Assembly (NCBI GenBank): GCA_049968255.1
Contig: JBMFRB010000005.1
Coordinates: 5,822-69,821 of the forward strand
From: Candidatus Sumerlaeaceae bacterium
GTDB taxonomy: Bacteria > Sumerlaeota > Sumerlaeia > Sumerlaeales > Sumerlaeaceae
Direction: 5' to 3'
Length of the DNA stretch: 64,000 nt
Part shown: piece after piece, positions 1-9,105 of the stretch
How the letters are laid out: each line of letters starts with the position of its first letter
Position numbering within the stretch: position 1 is the stretch's first letter
Notes under the pieces: model-generated
Databases searched by the model: none
Seen by the model: the letters and a program-made list of their open reading frames with translations, nothing else
Told to the model about the DNA's origin: nothing
Translations under genes and position numbers: made by a program

Positions 1-762
1 GAGCTTTTCCTTCTGTCCGCATATGATGCAGCGTTGATGGGTGGTCACCGGCTCATTCAGCCACACGAGGCGGGTGTGCCACGTCATCAAACCGAGGATG
101 CCCGCGGGGGCACTCATCCCGGTAACCCAGGTAGGCTGACCTAACGAGCGGTCCTCCTTGTGGGCACTGGTCTCGATTTGTTGGGCGCCTCGCATAAGGC
201 GCTCCGCGAGAGCGTCGCCAGGTCGACCGGGGAACGCATAGATGGATGTTGGGCTTGGACTTGTGGTGTAACCCGATCCACCAACTAAAGAGAAGGTGCA
301 GAGGTTGAGGAGCCCTAGCACACAGCATGCGGGGCAAACACCGTAGTGGCCATCCCGAACGTGGAGGAAGTGCGCAATGTTGGTGCCTGTGGGGATTTCA
401 GGAAAGAGATAGCCGATGGCTTTGTCCTCTTTTTCTTTGGCTTCTTCGTCAAGTGGGCTTTGCAAAAAGCGAGAGCCGGTGCCAAAAAGCTCGAAATTCA
501 TGCAGTGATTTGGGAGCTCCCGAAGAATATGCGTGCGAAGAGACTCCCAATCCGAAACAGGTGTGGTCTGCGGCTTCAACCAAACGGTTACTATGGAAAG
601 CAAACGCAACACCGACAGGCGATGGGTCGGGTTTGAAGCTGCGATTTCTCGGATTTTCTCAGCCTCTTCAAAGACCTGAACAAGGGAAAGACGCCTGACG
701 TTGCCGTTGGCATAGAGCACATTGACCCACGGATCGTGAACAAGGTTGAACGAATACGTCAC
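1..762 (-). CDS. cas8e: Type I-E CRISPR Cascade large subunit Cas8e (CasA/Cse1), N-terminal ~254 aa, truncated by the window edge
   Basis: Absent from the ORF track because it is open at the window edge. Hand translation from GTG 762 (RBS GAGGAGG): MTYSFNLVHDPWVNVLYANGNVRRLSL...SVLRLL...FELFGTGSRFLQ...EIPTGTNIAHF...VCPACC...VGGSGY...MTWHTRLVWL...RCIICG. This matches Cse1 hallmarks: FNLxxxPW start, FxLxxxxxxFxQ, two CxxC Zn-ligand pairs, Gly loop and TWxxRxxxL. Confidence 0.9.
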   Translation of the reverse strand, partial: MTYSFNLVHDPWVNVLYANGNVRRLSLVQVFEEAEKIREIAASNPTHRLSVLRLLSIVTVWLKPQTTPVSDWESLRTHILRELPNHCMNFELFGTGSRFLQSPLDEEAKEKEDKAIGYLFPEIPTGTNIAHFLHVRDGHYGVCPACCVLGLLNLCTFSLVGGSGYTTSPSPTSIYAFPGRPGDALAERLMRGAQQIETSAHKEDRSLGQPTWVTGMSAPAGILGLMTWHTRLVWLNEPVTTHQRCIICGQKEKL

Positions 763-828
763 TGCTTCCTCCTCGGGCTTTAGGAATTCGGACGGCGTTG
801 CCGTTTTTTCATGTCCTTTTCACTGAGT

Positions 829-857
829 CCTATACACGCCCCCCCGAATGCTGTCAA
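829..857 (-). promoter_or_regulatory. sigma70-like promoter for the cas operon
   Basis: Minus strand reads TTGACA (857-852), 17-nt spacer, TATAGG (834-829), about 65 nt upstream of the cas8e GTG. Confidence 0.55.
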
Positions 858-972
858 TGTGGAGACCGCATTTTTCTGCACAACCCATGACCATCCTTGT
901 CACAGGGAGCCATGGGCTGCTGCGACTTCCTCCTTGACGGGGATGTTGGGGCCATGTGTGTTCAAGGGCGTT

Positions 973-1698
973 ATGAGTGAGAAGGAACGTGGGCGCTGGC
1001 GGCGGGTGCTGCTGAAGATTTCTGGCGAGGCGCTAAAAGGTGAGCAAGATTTTGGAATAGATTATCAATTTGTTCGCAACTTAGCGCGCGAGATTCACGA
1101 GACGATTGCCTGCTCGGGGGTGCAATTGGCGGTGGTCATTGGCGGGGGCAATTTTTTGCGCGGCGCCAATGAGACAGAAATTGACCGCGCGGTGGGCGAC
1201 TACATGGGGATGCTCGCGACGATGATCAACGCGATGGCCTTGCAAGCGGTGTTCGAGAAGGAAGGGATGGAGACGCGGGTGTTGAGTGCGTTGGAGATCA
1301 AGGAGGTGGCGGAAAGCTACATCCGCCGGCGAGCAATCCGACACTTGGAGAAGGGGCGTGTGGTGCTCTTCGCGTGCGGAACGGGCAACCCGTTCTTCAC
1401 GACCGATACGGCAGCGGCACTGCGCGGGGCTGAGATTGATGCGGAGGTTATTCTCAAGGCAACAAATGTGGACGGCGTGTACTCGGCCGACCCGCGACGC
1501 GACCCCACCGCCCAACGCTTTGCACGCATTAGTTTCACGGAGGCGCTGAACCGCAATTTGCGCGTCATGGATTCCACTGCAATTTCCTTGTGCCGCGAGA
1601 ACCGCTTGCCTATTGTCGTGTACAATTTGCATGTTCCTGGTAACACGAAACGCGTGATTCTTGGCGAAGAAATCGGAACTTTTGTCGGAGGAGATTGA
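973..1698 (+). CDS. pyrH: Uridylate kinase
   Basis: Motifs [47 protein letters not shown]. Start set at ATG 973. Confidence 0.97.
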   Translation: MSEKERGRWRRVLLKISGEALKGEQDFGIDYQFVRNLAREIHETIACSGVQLAVVIGGGNFLRGANETEIDRAVGDYMGMLATMINAMALQAVFEKEGMETRVLSALEIKEVAESYIRRRAIRHLEKGRVVLFACGTGNPFFTTDTAAALRGAEIDAEVILKATNVDGVYSADPRRDPTAQRFARISFTEALNRNLRVMDSTAISLCRENRLPIVVYNLHVPGNTKRVILGEEIGTFVGGD

Positions 1699-1702
1699 GA
1701 CG

Positions 1703-2263
1703 ATGCCACTGAACCAGATCTTCAAAGAAACGCAGGAGAAGATGAAGAGAGCCGTGGAGGCGGTGGAACACGAATTTAGCACCCTGCGAACCGGGCGTGC
1801 TTCTGTGGCGCTTGTGGATAATATCCACGTCGAGGCTTATGGCGCATCGATGGCGCTCAAACAAGTGGCGGCGATTTCAACCCCAGATGCGCGAACGATT
1901 CTCATCACGCCGTTCGACCGGAATTTGATCGGCCCGATCGAGAAGGCGATTATGGCGGCCAATATCGGATTGACGCCGAACAACGACGGAAAAGTGATCC
2001 GCCTGACGATCCCGCAACTGACGGAGGAGCGACGCAAAGAACTCGTGAAAGTGGCGAAGAAGATGGCGGAAGATGGGCGCGTGGCCGTGCGCAACATCCG
2101 CCGCCATGCTAACGAAGAGATTAAGAAAACCGAAAAGCTTCACGAGATTACAGAGGACGATCGCGAGCGGGCCGTGGAAAAAATCCAGGAGCTGACGGAC
2201 AAGTTCATCGAGGAAATAGACAAGCTGCTGGAGCGCAAAGAGAAGGAGATTATGGAAGTCTGA
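1703..2263 (+). CDS. frr: Ribosome recycling factor
   Basis: Motifs LRTGRAS, PNNDGKVIRL, LTEERRKELVK, VAVRNIRR, KEKEIMEV. GGAGG RBS before ATG 1703; follows pyrH. Confidence 0.97.
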   Translation: MPLNQIFKETQEKMKRAVEAVEHEFSTLRTGRASVALVDNIHVEAYGASMALKQVAAISTPDARTILITPFDRNLIGPIEKAIMAANIGLTPNNDGKVIRLTIPQLTEERRKELVKVAKKMAEDGRVAVRNIRRHANEEIKKTEKLHEITEDDRERAVEKIQELTDKFIEEIDKLLERKEKEIMEV

Positions 2264-2309
2264 GGCCCCACTTGCGGGCGTGGAAGGTCAAGGGAATCCG
2301 TTTCCAAAG

Positions 2310-2350
2310 CCGCCGGTGTTCAGGCCAGCGCACACCGGCGGTGTACTTTT
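2310..2350 (+). terminator. Possible terminator hairpin after frr
   Basis: 10-bp stem CCGCCGGTGT/ACACCGGCGG followed by TGTACTTTT. Confidence 0.4.
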
Positions 2351-2612
2351 CCAAGTTGCTGAGATTGGGACGTCGCGCCAACGTGTGCCCGCCGGCTAAG
2401 CCAAGAGAGTTTGCTTGCAGGGCTTACGGGAAGGCGCGAGTTGGTTTCTTTGTGGCCGCCGCGGAGGGGGCCCGAATTTGGCACTGAGAGAACGGATGCG
2501 GAGATGCGGGGCTTTGCCGTGGGGAACGTGTTTTTGAGAGGTGGGGCATTCCCCCGCGACGGCGCCTTGTTTCGCCAGATTTGGCTGACGTTGAGTTGTT
2601 CCTGTATTTATT

Positions 2613-2640
2613 TTGACACTGACTTTTTGCCAGGTAGAGT
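2613..2640 (+). promoter_or_regulatory. sigma70-like promoter upstream of the polysaccharide deacetylase gene
   Basis: TTGACA, 16-nt spacer, TAGAGT, with an AT-rich tract immediately upstream. Confidence 0.5.
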
Positions 2641-2707
2641 GGTTTGCTAATCTGTAGGATTTGCACAGTCGCAGCAAACCCTCGAGGACTTTGGGAAGGG
2701 TAAGACG

Positions 2708-3913
2708 ATGCGTGGTGAAGCACCAGCGGCAGGTGTGGCGATTGGCAGTTTTATCACACGTCTAGCGGCGCTTGTCGTCGCTTTTGGTTTGAACCTACCT
2801 GCAGGGGGGCAGGTGCCGGTGTTGCTCTATCACTGCCACTCGTCCTTTGGCTATTCGGCCTCGCTCTTTACTCAGCACATGGATTTTCTGAAAGCGAACG
2901 GCTACAACACGATAACGCCTGATGAATTGCTGGACTGGATGGATTACAATAGTCCTCTCCCGCCCCGGCCGATACTTATCACGATGGATGATAATTACAT
3001 TCCGGTCTACGATGAGGTTTTCCCCATCCTTCAGGCTCGTGGGATGGTGGCTGTGAATTTTGCCCACACGAACTATGTGGGCGTGGTGACCGGGAGCGGG
3101 GATCATTGCGACTGGAATGAGATTGCGACGATGAAAAACGCCGGGGTGATTTTCACCGAGAGCCATACCAAAAGCCACACGAACTTGACAACTCTAGACA
3201 ATTCGGTGGCGCAGGAGGAAATCGCTGGATCGAAGTCGGTCATCGAGGCGAATCTGCCTGGGATGGTCTGCCGTTACTTAGCCTACCCCTACGGGGCCTA
3301 CAACGCGACGCATGTCTCGATGTGCTCATCAGCTGGCTACCGGGCAGCGTTTACCACCGCCAACCAAAAGGCGTATCGCACAACGCCGCGCTATGAAATC
3401 GGGCGTACCACTATCGGCAGCGATACGGTTTCGTCGCTTGCGTCAAAGATCGGTTTCAACACTCTCCCGCCGCTGCCAGGCGCTGGTTTCACTTTGGATA
3501 ATGCGGACCCCAATTGTCGCGTGGTTGGCTCGTGGAGCACGACCACATCCGGCACACCTTATGGCGCCAATGCTTTAGAAAAGAATGCGGGCAGCGGGGC
3601 TGCCAGCGTGACGTGGTCGGTAAAGCTGCGCAAGCCCTCCACATACCGTGTCTATGCGCGATGGGTCTCTTCCCCGGATCGCGCCACGAATGCCACGTAC
3701 GTGGTGACGCACGCCTTGGGCAGCGACACCGTGATTGTGAATCAGCAGGTTGGTGGCGGGCAGTGGAACGTCTTGGGGACGTGGAATTTCTCGACGACGA
3801 CCGCGGCGCAAATTCTCTTGAGCGACGTGGCGAACGGAACCGTGTCGGCCGATGCCGTTTGGTTTGAGCCGATACCGTCGTCGGTGGAAGCTGATTGGAT
3901 GCTCTACGAGTGA
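2708..3913 (+). CDS. Secreted polysaccharide deacetylase (CE4/NodB, IcaB-like) with C-terminal golvesin/Xly CBD-like domain
   Basis: Signal peptide. CE4 motifs VPVLLYH, ITMDD, SHTKSH, AYPYG. C-terminal domain LDNAD...YRVYARW...VNQQVGGGQWNVLG...ADAVWF. Ends SSVEADWMLYE. Confidence 0.85.
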   Translation: MRGEAPAAGVAIGSFITRLAALVVAFGLNLPAGGQVPVLLYHCHSSFGYSASLFTQHMDFLKANGYNTITPDELLDWMDYNSPLPPRPILITMDDNYIPVYDEVFPILQARGMVAVNFAHTNYVGVVTGSGDHCDWNEIATMKNAGVIFTESHTKSHTNLTTLDNSVAQEEIAGSKSVIEANLPGMVCRYLAYPYGAYNATHVSMCSSAGYRAAFTTANQKAYRTTPRYEIGRTTIGSDTVSSLASKIGFNTLPPLPGAGFTLDNADPNCRVVGSWSTTTSGTPYGANALEKNAGSGAASVTWSVKLRKPSTYRVYARWVSSPDRATNATYVVTHALGSDTVIVNQQVGGGQWNVLGTWNFSTTTAAQILLSDVANGTVSADAVWFEPIPSSVEADWMLYE

Positions 3914-4003
3914 CGGGCGACAGGGCCGAGTGCTCTCCACGATTTTCTGCGAATTTTTGTGCGGCGTAGTTGACAGGCGGCCTTGCGCTTCGCAAGGTTG
4001 GCC

Positions 4004-4897
4004 ATGCTCATGAGGTCAAGAGAGTCTTTGCAGAGTGCGCCTGTTTCGGTGATCATTCCCGCACACAACGAAGCGCAGGCTATTGCACGCGTAGTGAGGG
4101 AGACCAAGGCGGCTTTGACGACTGAGCAGCGTCCGGCCGAAGCCGTCGAAATTCTCGTTGTGGATGACGGCTCGACAGATGGGACGGCTGCGCTGGCTGA
4201 ATCGGCAGGCGCATGCGTGTTACGCCATGAGGAGAACCGCGGCTACGGCGCTTCGCTCAAAGCGGGGATCAGAGCTGCCAGCCATGAAATCATTGTCACG
4301 ACAGATGCCGACGGGACCTATCCAACAGCGGCCATGCCTGAGCTGATCCAACTGCTTGAGGGTTGCGATATGGCTGTTGGCGCCCGCATAGGTAAGGATG
4401 TGCACATACCCATCGAACGGCGACCGGCAAAGTGGTTGCTTACGAAAATAGCTATCTATCTGGCGCAACGCCCGATTCCCGATCTCAATTCGGGCCTTCG
4501 TGCGTTCCGCCGGACAGACGTCATGGAGTTCCTGAAGTTGTGTCCCAGCGGTTTCAGCTTTTCGACCACGATCACACTCGCATTCTTGTGCAATGACAAG
4601 CAGGTTTGCTATCTTCCCATAGATTACCACCCGCGCACAGGCAAATCGAAGATCCGTCCGATCCGAGACACGAAGAACTTACTGGTGACCATCGTGCGCA
4701 GCATTATCTTCTTTAATCCCATGCGGGTGTTCGTGCCGCTGGCGACGGTGATGTTTATCATTGCGATCTTTGTGGCGTTGTTTATTCGCGATTCCCACGG
4801 CAACATTTTGGATGGAACAATATCCATCCTGGTGCTAGGCGGCATTCAAATGATCATGCTGGGATTTTTGGCAGACGCCATTGCGCGATGGCGATGA
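4004..4897 (+). CDS. GT2 glycosyltransferase (DPM synthase/polyprenol-phosphate GT-like) with two C-terminal TM helices
   Basis: Motifs VSVIIPAHNE, VVDDGSTDGT, NRGYGASLK, DADG, DLNSGLRAF. Start could be 4004 or 4010. Confidence 0.88.
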   Translation: MLMRSRESLQSAPVSVIIPAHNEAQAIARVVRETKAALTTEQRPAEAVEILVVDDGSTDGTAALAESAGACVLRHEENRGYGASLKAGIRAASHEIIVTTDADGTYPTAAMPELIQLLEGCDMAVGARIGKDVHIPIERRPAKWLLTKIAIYLAQRPIPDLNSGLRAFRRTDVMEFLKLCPSGFSFSTTITLAFLCNDKQVCYLPIDYHPRTGKSKIRPIRDTKNLLVTIVRSIIFFNPMRVFVPLATVMFIIAIFVALFIRDSHGNILDGTISILVLGGIQMIMLGFLADAIARWR

Positions 4898-4906
4898 GGG
4901 GCATCG

Positions 4907-5221
4907 ATGCGACGGTGGAATGATTATCCTGAAGACGACGAGGTGGTATACGAGGCACATGTTGATCCGGCTGATATTCATTACGTCTGCAGCACCACCG
5001 AAGCCTATGAAGGGCTTGCCGTAGTGAGAACAAAGGATGAGAAGCTGGGTATCGTGCAGTTCTGGGTGCCCACACGTTTGCAGCACGACTTTGACGAGTT
5101 TCTAGCACGGCTCGGCGAGGACATCTCGCTGGTCGTGAAACCTCCACGCCCTCACAGGCCGGAAGATTTTCTGGTCGGCCGAAATGTTACAATCACCGAC
5201 ACTGAAGAGACTGACAAATGA
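4907..5221 (+). CDS. Small conserved protein, DUF4911-like
   Basis: DIHYVCSTTEAYEGLAVVRTKD...GIVQF resembles the DUF4911 pattern. GAGGGG RBS; ATGA overlap with the next gene. Confidence 0.65.
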   Translation: MRRWNDYPEDDEVVYEAHVDPADIHYVCSTTEAYEGLAVVRTKDEKLGIVQFWVPTRLQHDFDEFLARLGEDISLVVKPPRPHRPEDFLVGRNVTITDTEETDK

Positions 5222-8064
5222 CGAAAGCTAGCCATCATGCACCTCAACGGCCAAAACCACCGAAGCGCCCGCCCGATGCGCGGATACGGGAGCTGATTGC
5301 CCCCTTACCAAGAGAAGACTATTTTACGTTCGACTGGATGCTGCTGTTTGCCACGTACGTCGTGATGTCGCTGATTTTCTTTCTTTTCACGCCGTACACG
5401 CACCAGCTCGATGAGATAAAGAACATGTTCCTGATGTCGCTGCCTCCATTCCTTTTCGCGGCAGCGGTTTATGGGAAGGATTTTCGCCAGTTGCGCTGGC
5501 CGGAGCACGCTTCGACCTACCTGCTTGGCTTGCTGATCCTGGAGATGCTTGTTTCTTGGGTCATCAACCCCTTGCCGCGTGGCACCACAGGCTTTTTCGA
5601 CGCGATTGCTAAGTGGCTTGGGAATCCGATGCGTATGACCTCCGAGCGTGTGGTGTGGTTCCAACTGGCGTGCATGACGTTCACGATTGTTTTCGCCTGG
5701 TACATGGACAGCGAGGCTAAGCTCCGCAAGACGATGCACTTTTACGTTTGGACCGCTTTTGCTGCGGTGGTCATCGGATTGTTTCTTTTTGCCGGGCGTG
5801 GCTTCACGGATGCGATCTATGCATCGATGAAGGGCTCGAAGTTCTGGAGCCCGCAGGCAAAGAACCTTGTTCTGACGCTGGCGACGTCGAAAGAAATGTA
5901 TTCGACGATTCTCAACTCCGACTTTTTCGCGGCTTACTTGGTGATGACGCTCCCCATCCCACTTTCGATGTTCTTCATCGAGCAGCGGCTGGTGTTACGG
6001 GCCGTGGCGGCGATGACCTTTCTGCTCATGAACGTGTGTCTCGTGTTCACGAATTCCAACGATTCATTCATGTCCGTGCTTTTCATCACGTATCCGCTCT
6101 ACTTTTTACTGATTTTCCGACATTTCCGAAAAGTGAACATCTCGCCCAAGCTTATCATGACGTTCTTGGTCGGGGCTGCGATTCTCTTTTTGACGGTCTT
6201 CGTGCTGATGGTGCCGAAGTTGTCGCAGACGTGGGACTTCAAAACAGCCGCACTCGATGGCAGGAAAATTCTGTGGTCGGGAGGATTCTGGCCATGGCTC
6301 TATCGAGACGATCCGACTAAGAGCCACCTCGATATTCTCTCCATTCTTTTTGGCACGGGCCCCGGCGGCTATCGATTCTATTTCCCTATTTTTCGGCGAG
6401 CGGATTTTTTCGACAATCAAATCAACAACGTCACCACTTTTGGCCATAACTTTTATCTGGATTATTTGCTGGAGTTCGGGCTGGTGGGATTCCTGCTGTT
6501 CCTGGGCTTTTACGGACGCGTTCTTTATGACGGCATCTGGCAATCGCGTAAATCGAACAACGAACTTGTTTGCTATTATCAGGTCGCAGTCGTCGCAGGG
6601 CTGAGCGGAATCGCGCTTCAAAACTTTTTCAGCCCGAATAACCGGTGGGCTGTGTGCGGCATGATCTACTGGTCGCTTTTCGGCCTCAGCATGGGCATGC
6701 ACAACATGGAGGTCTCAGGGAGAGCAACAGCGCCGGCCCGGGGGCAAATGCCCGCCTGGGCAAAGCCCGCGGCCTACCTGCTCGCGATAGTTTTCTTCGT
6801 GCGAAGCGTTCCTCAGGGGATCACTCATTTCCAGGGAGCCATGGAGCACGGCCTGGGACTCACGTACATGGAGCTAGCGGATTATCGCGAAGAAGACAAG
6901 TCCTTGTACTTGCAGCGCGCGAAGGAACACTTCCTGAACGCTATCTCCCTCAATCCGACGTTCGCTAGCTCGTATTATAAACTGGGACACGTTCTCAACC
7001 AGCTCGGCGATATTGATGGCGCGATCAAAATCTACGAGGCACTGGATCGCGTGTTCCCTCACTATTCTGAGATTCATCTCAACCTCGGCATCATGTATTC
7101 CGTAAAAGCTAGCGACTTGGATGGCGCACAAAAGCTCGACATGCTGGAAAAAGCTTACGCGCAAATCAAAGAGGCCGCACGGCAGGAGCTCAAACCAAAC
7201 GTGCAATGGATTGCAGGGCTCATTGGCAAGCAACTTGCCGAGCTTTATGAATCGGCGGACGACGCGAAAACTTCGGACGCACTCCGTACGGCCATAAAAA
7301 AGCGCGATCCGAAAGGCACACGTGCTAAGGAGATTTACGAAGAGCTGAAAACATATTACCGCAACATTGTCGAATACGAGCCCAAGCTTGAGGAGTATCG
7401 CGTCGAGCGGAAAAAATATTACGATCGCGCCCAACGCGAGCTCGTGGCGCTAGCCCTCTTGACGGGTAAACTCGATGAGGCTGAGAAACTGCTGGCGAAA
7501 CTCTATAACGAAGATCCGTCGAAGGTGGAGTATTTGGCGCAGCTCCTCGCGCTTTACGACAAGCAGGGCAAGCAGAAAGAAAAAATCGCGTTCCTGGAAA
7601 ATGCTGTGCATGGTGCGCCGACCGATCTTGCACTGCGGCAGGTGCTCGCCGAGGCCTATCTTGAGGCTAAAGACATGCGGAATTACATCGCTGAACTGCA
7701 ACGGATAGAGATCCTTGATCCGCGAAACAAATACGCTCTTACCCATCTGCTCCAGGCATACCGTGATAAACGCGATGCACGAAAAATGGCAGAATACTCC
7801 GAGAAATTGAAAAAGTTCGGTGTGGATCCACTGGCTGAACTTGGCACGAAGAGCGTAAAAACGACTCCTACACTCGAAGCGCTGGGCGACGTGGAACAGG
7901 CACTTCTGAAGACGGAAGAGGGGAAAAGTTCGGTGTCGCAGGCGCCTCAGAGTGAGGTAGGCACCACAGCAACGTCCGAGCAGAAAACTTCGTCAGTTTC
8001 TGAACGGCGGCAAATTCTCGGCGAAGTCTTGTCGGCAACGGAACGGCAAACAAGCGCTCCCTGA
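5218..8064 (+). CDS. O-antigen ligase / O-oligosaccharyltransferase-like polytopic membrane protein with C-terminal TPRs
   Basis: About 12 TM segments. NSDFFAAYL, R..LW, LFGTGPGGY and GHNFYLDYLLEFGLVG (Wzy_C HN motif), then TPRs (YYKLGHVLNQLGDIDGAIKIYE). Confidence 0.8.
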   Translation: MTKASHHAPQRPKPPKRPPDARIRELIAPLPREDYFTFDWMLLFATYVVMSLIFFLFTPYTHQLDEIKNMFLMSLPPFLFAAAVYGKDFRQLRWPEHASTYLLGLLILEMLVSWVINPLPRGTTGFFDAIAKWLGNPMRMTSERVVWFQLACMTFTIVFAWYMDSEAKLRKTMHFYVWTAFAAVVIGLFLFAGRGFTDAIYASMKGSKFWSPQAKNLVLTLATSKEMYSTILNSDFFAAYLVMTLPIPLSMFFIEQRLVLRAVAAMTFLLMNVCLVFTNSNDSFMSVLFITYPLYFLLIFRHFRKVNISPKLIMTFLVGAAILFLTVFVLMVPKLSQTWDFKTAALDGRKILWSGGFWPWLYRDDPTKSHLDILSILFGTGPGGYRFYFPIFRRADFFDNQINNVTTFGHNFYLDYLLEFGLVGFLLFLGFYGRVLYDGIWQSRKSNNELVCYYQVAVVAGLSGIALQNFFSPNNRWAVCGMIYWSLFGLSMGMHNMEVSGRATAPARGQMPAWAKPAAYLLAIVFFVRSVPQGITHFQGAMEHGLGLTYMELADYREEDKSLYLQRAKEHFLNAISLNPTFASSYYKLGHVLNQLGDIDGAIKIYEALDRVFPHYSEIHLNLGIMYSVKASDLDGAQKLDMLEKAYAQIKEAARQELKPNVQWIAGLIGKQLAELYESADDAKTSDALRTAIKKRDPKGTRAKEIYEELKTYYRNIVEYEPKLEEYRVERKKYYDRAQRELVALALLTGKLDEAEKLLAKLYNEDPSKVEYLAQLLALYDKQGKQKEKIAFLENAVHGAPTDLALRQVLAEAYLEAKDMRNYIAELQRIEILDPRNKYALTHLLQAYRDKRDARKMAEYSEKLKKFGVDPLAELGTKSVKTTPTLEALGDVEQALLKTEEGKSSVSQAPQSEVGTTATSEQKTSSVSERRQILGEVLSATERQTSAP

Positions 8065-8106
8065 CGTAGCTTGCCAGCCGAACGGCGATTCCCAAAAGAG
8101 GTAAAT

Positions 8107-9012
8107 ATGAATATTCGCGAACTTGGAGAAAACGACCTCGCCACCATTACGGAAATAGCGCAGCAGGTGCTGGTATTTGACCCTGTCGTTGAAGACGTCA
8201 TTGCGGAGAAAACCTTGCAAGCGCCTGATTCATTTCCGCATTTGGGACTGGCATGTGAAGTGGGTGGCCAGGTTGTGGGCTTTGTTCAAGGTGCATTTGG
8301 TGTGAATGAGGAAGATCAGGGGCGCGGCTACATTCGCCTCATGGCGGTGGCGCCATCGCATCAGCGCCAAGGTGTGGGGAGCGCACTTCTCCGCGAGTTG
8401 GAGGCACGTTTGCGCGCTGCAGGCGCCTCGGAAGTGAGCGTCATGGACGTCCCCCAGAATTACTTCATGCCGGGACTAGATTTTCGCTATACCCGCGCGG
8501 TCTGTTTTCTGCTTCGCCACGGCTTTCAAATGGTGCACGAGAACCACAACATGCTCTGCGACATCGCGCCAGACCGTTGGAATGACCTCGACGAACAGGC
8601 AAGGCGCATGGGTGCAGAGGGTTTTGACATCGGGCGTGCGGCGCGGGAGGAGTGGCCGAGGATTGCATCCTTTTTAGACGCGCATTGGCCAGCCTGGCGC
8701 AACGAAGTGCAAAGAGCTTTGCACAATGAGCCGCCGGCCGTTTTTGTGGCGCGACACGAAGATCGCATCATCGCTTTCGCTGCGTATCAGGGAAACAATC
8801 GCGCTCTCAACTGGTTCGGTCCCATGGGAACAACGCCAGAATGTCGGGGACGAGGAATTGGCGCACTTTTGCTGCGGCTGTGCCTGCGCGAGTTAGCACG
8901 CCAGGGCTGGCATCAGGCCATTATCCCGTGGGTTGGCCCCATTTGCTTTTATGCGCGCTTCTGCGGTGCATGGCTTGACCGCTGCTTTTGGGTGTATCGC
9001 AAGAAGTTGTAA
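8107..9012 (+). CDS. Tandem-domain GNAT acetyltransferase
   Basis: Two acetyl-CoA motifs: VAPSHQRQGVGSALL and TTPECRGRGIGALLL. GAGG RBS before ATG 8107. Confidence 0.88.
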   Translation: MNIRELGENDLATITEIAQQVLVFDPVVEDVIAEKTLQAPDSFPHLGLACEVGGQVVGFVQGAFGVNEEDQGRGYIRLMAVAPSHQRQGVGSALLRELEARLRAAGASEVSVMDVPQNYFMPGLDFRYTRAVCFLLRHGFQMVHENHNMLCDIAPDRWNDLDEQARRMGAEGFDIGRAAREEWPRIASFLDAHWPAWRNEVQRALHNEPPAVFVARHEDRIIAFAAYQGNNRALNWFGPMGTTPECRGRGIGALLLRLCLRELARQGWHQAIIPWVGPICFYARFCGAWLDRCFWVYRKKL

Positions 9013-9105
9013 GATTGGAAGTGCCTAACGAGCAGCAGCGGATTGGTAATCATTTGAGAGCTTCGGTGGAACATCCTCTGCTCATTCGTCGTGGCGGCGT
9101 TCGTC

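Noticed and set aside
53-698. ORF-track calls 53..337(-), 327..698(+) and 346..636(+)
   Set aside because: These are shadow frames of the cas8e gene at 1..762 on the minus strand.
2264-2707. Short ORFs and a possible riboswitch in the frr-deacetylase gap (GGTTTGCT...AGCAAACC stem)
   Set aside because: The ORFs lack an RBS or motifs. GCAAACC resembles part of a c-di-GMP-I riboswitch, but the rest of the consensus is absent.
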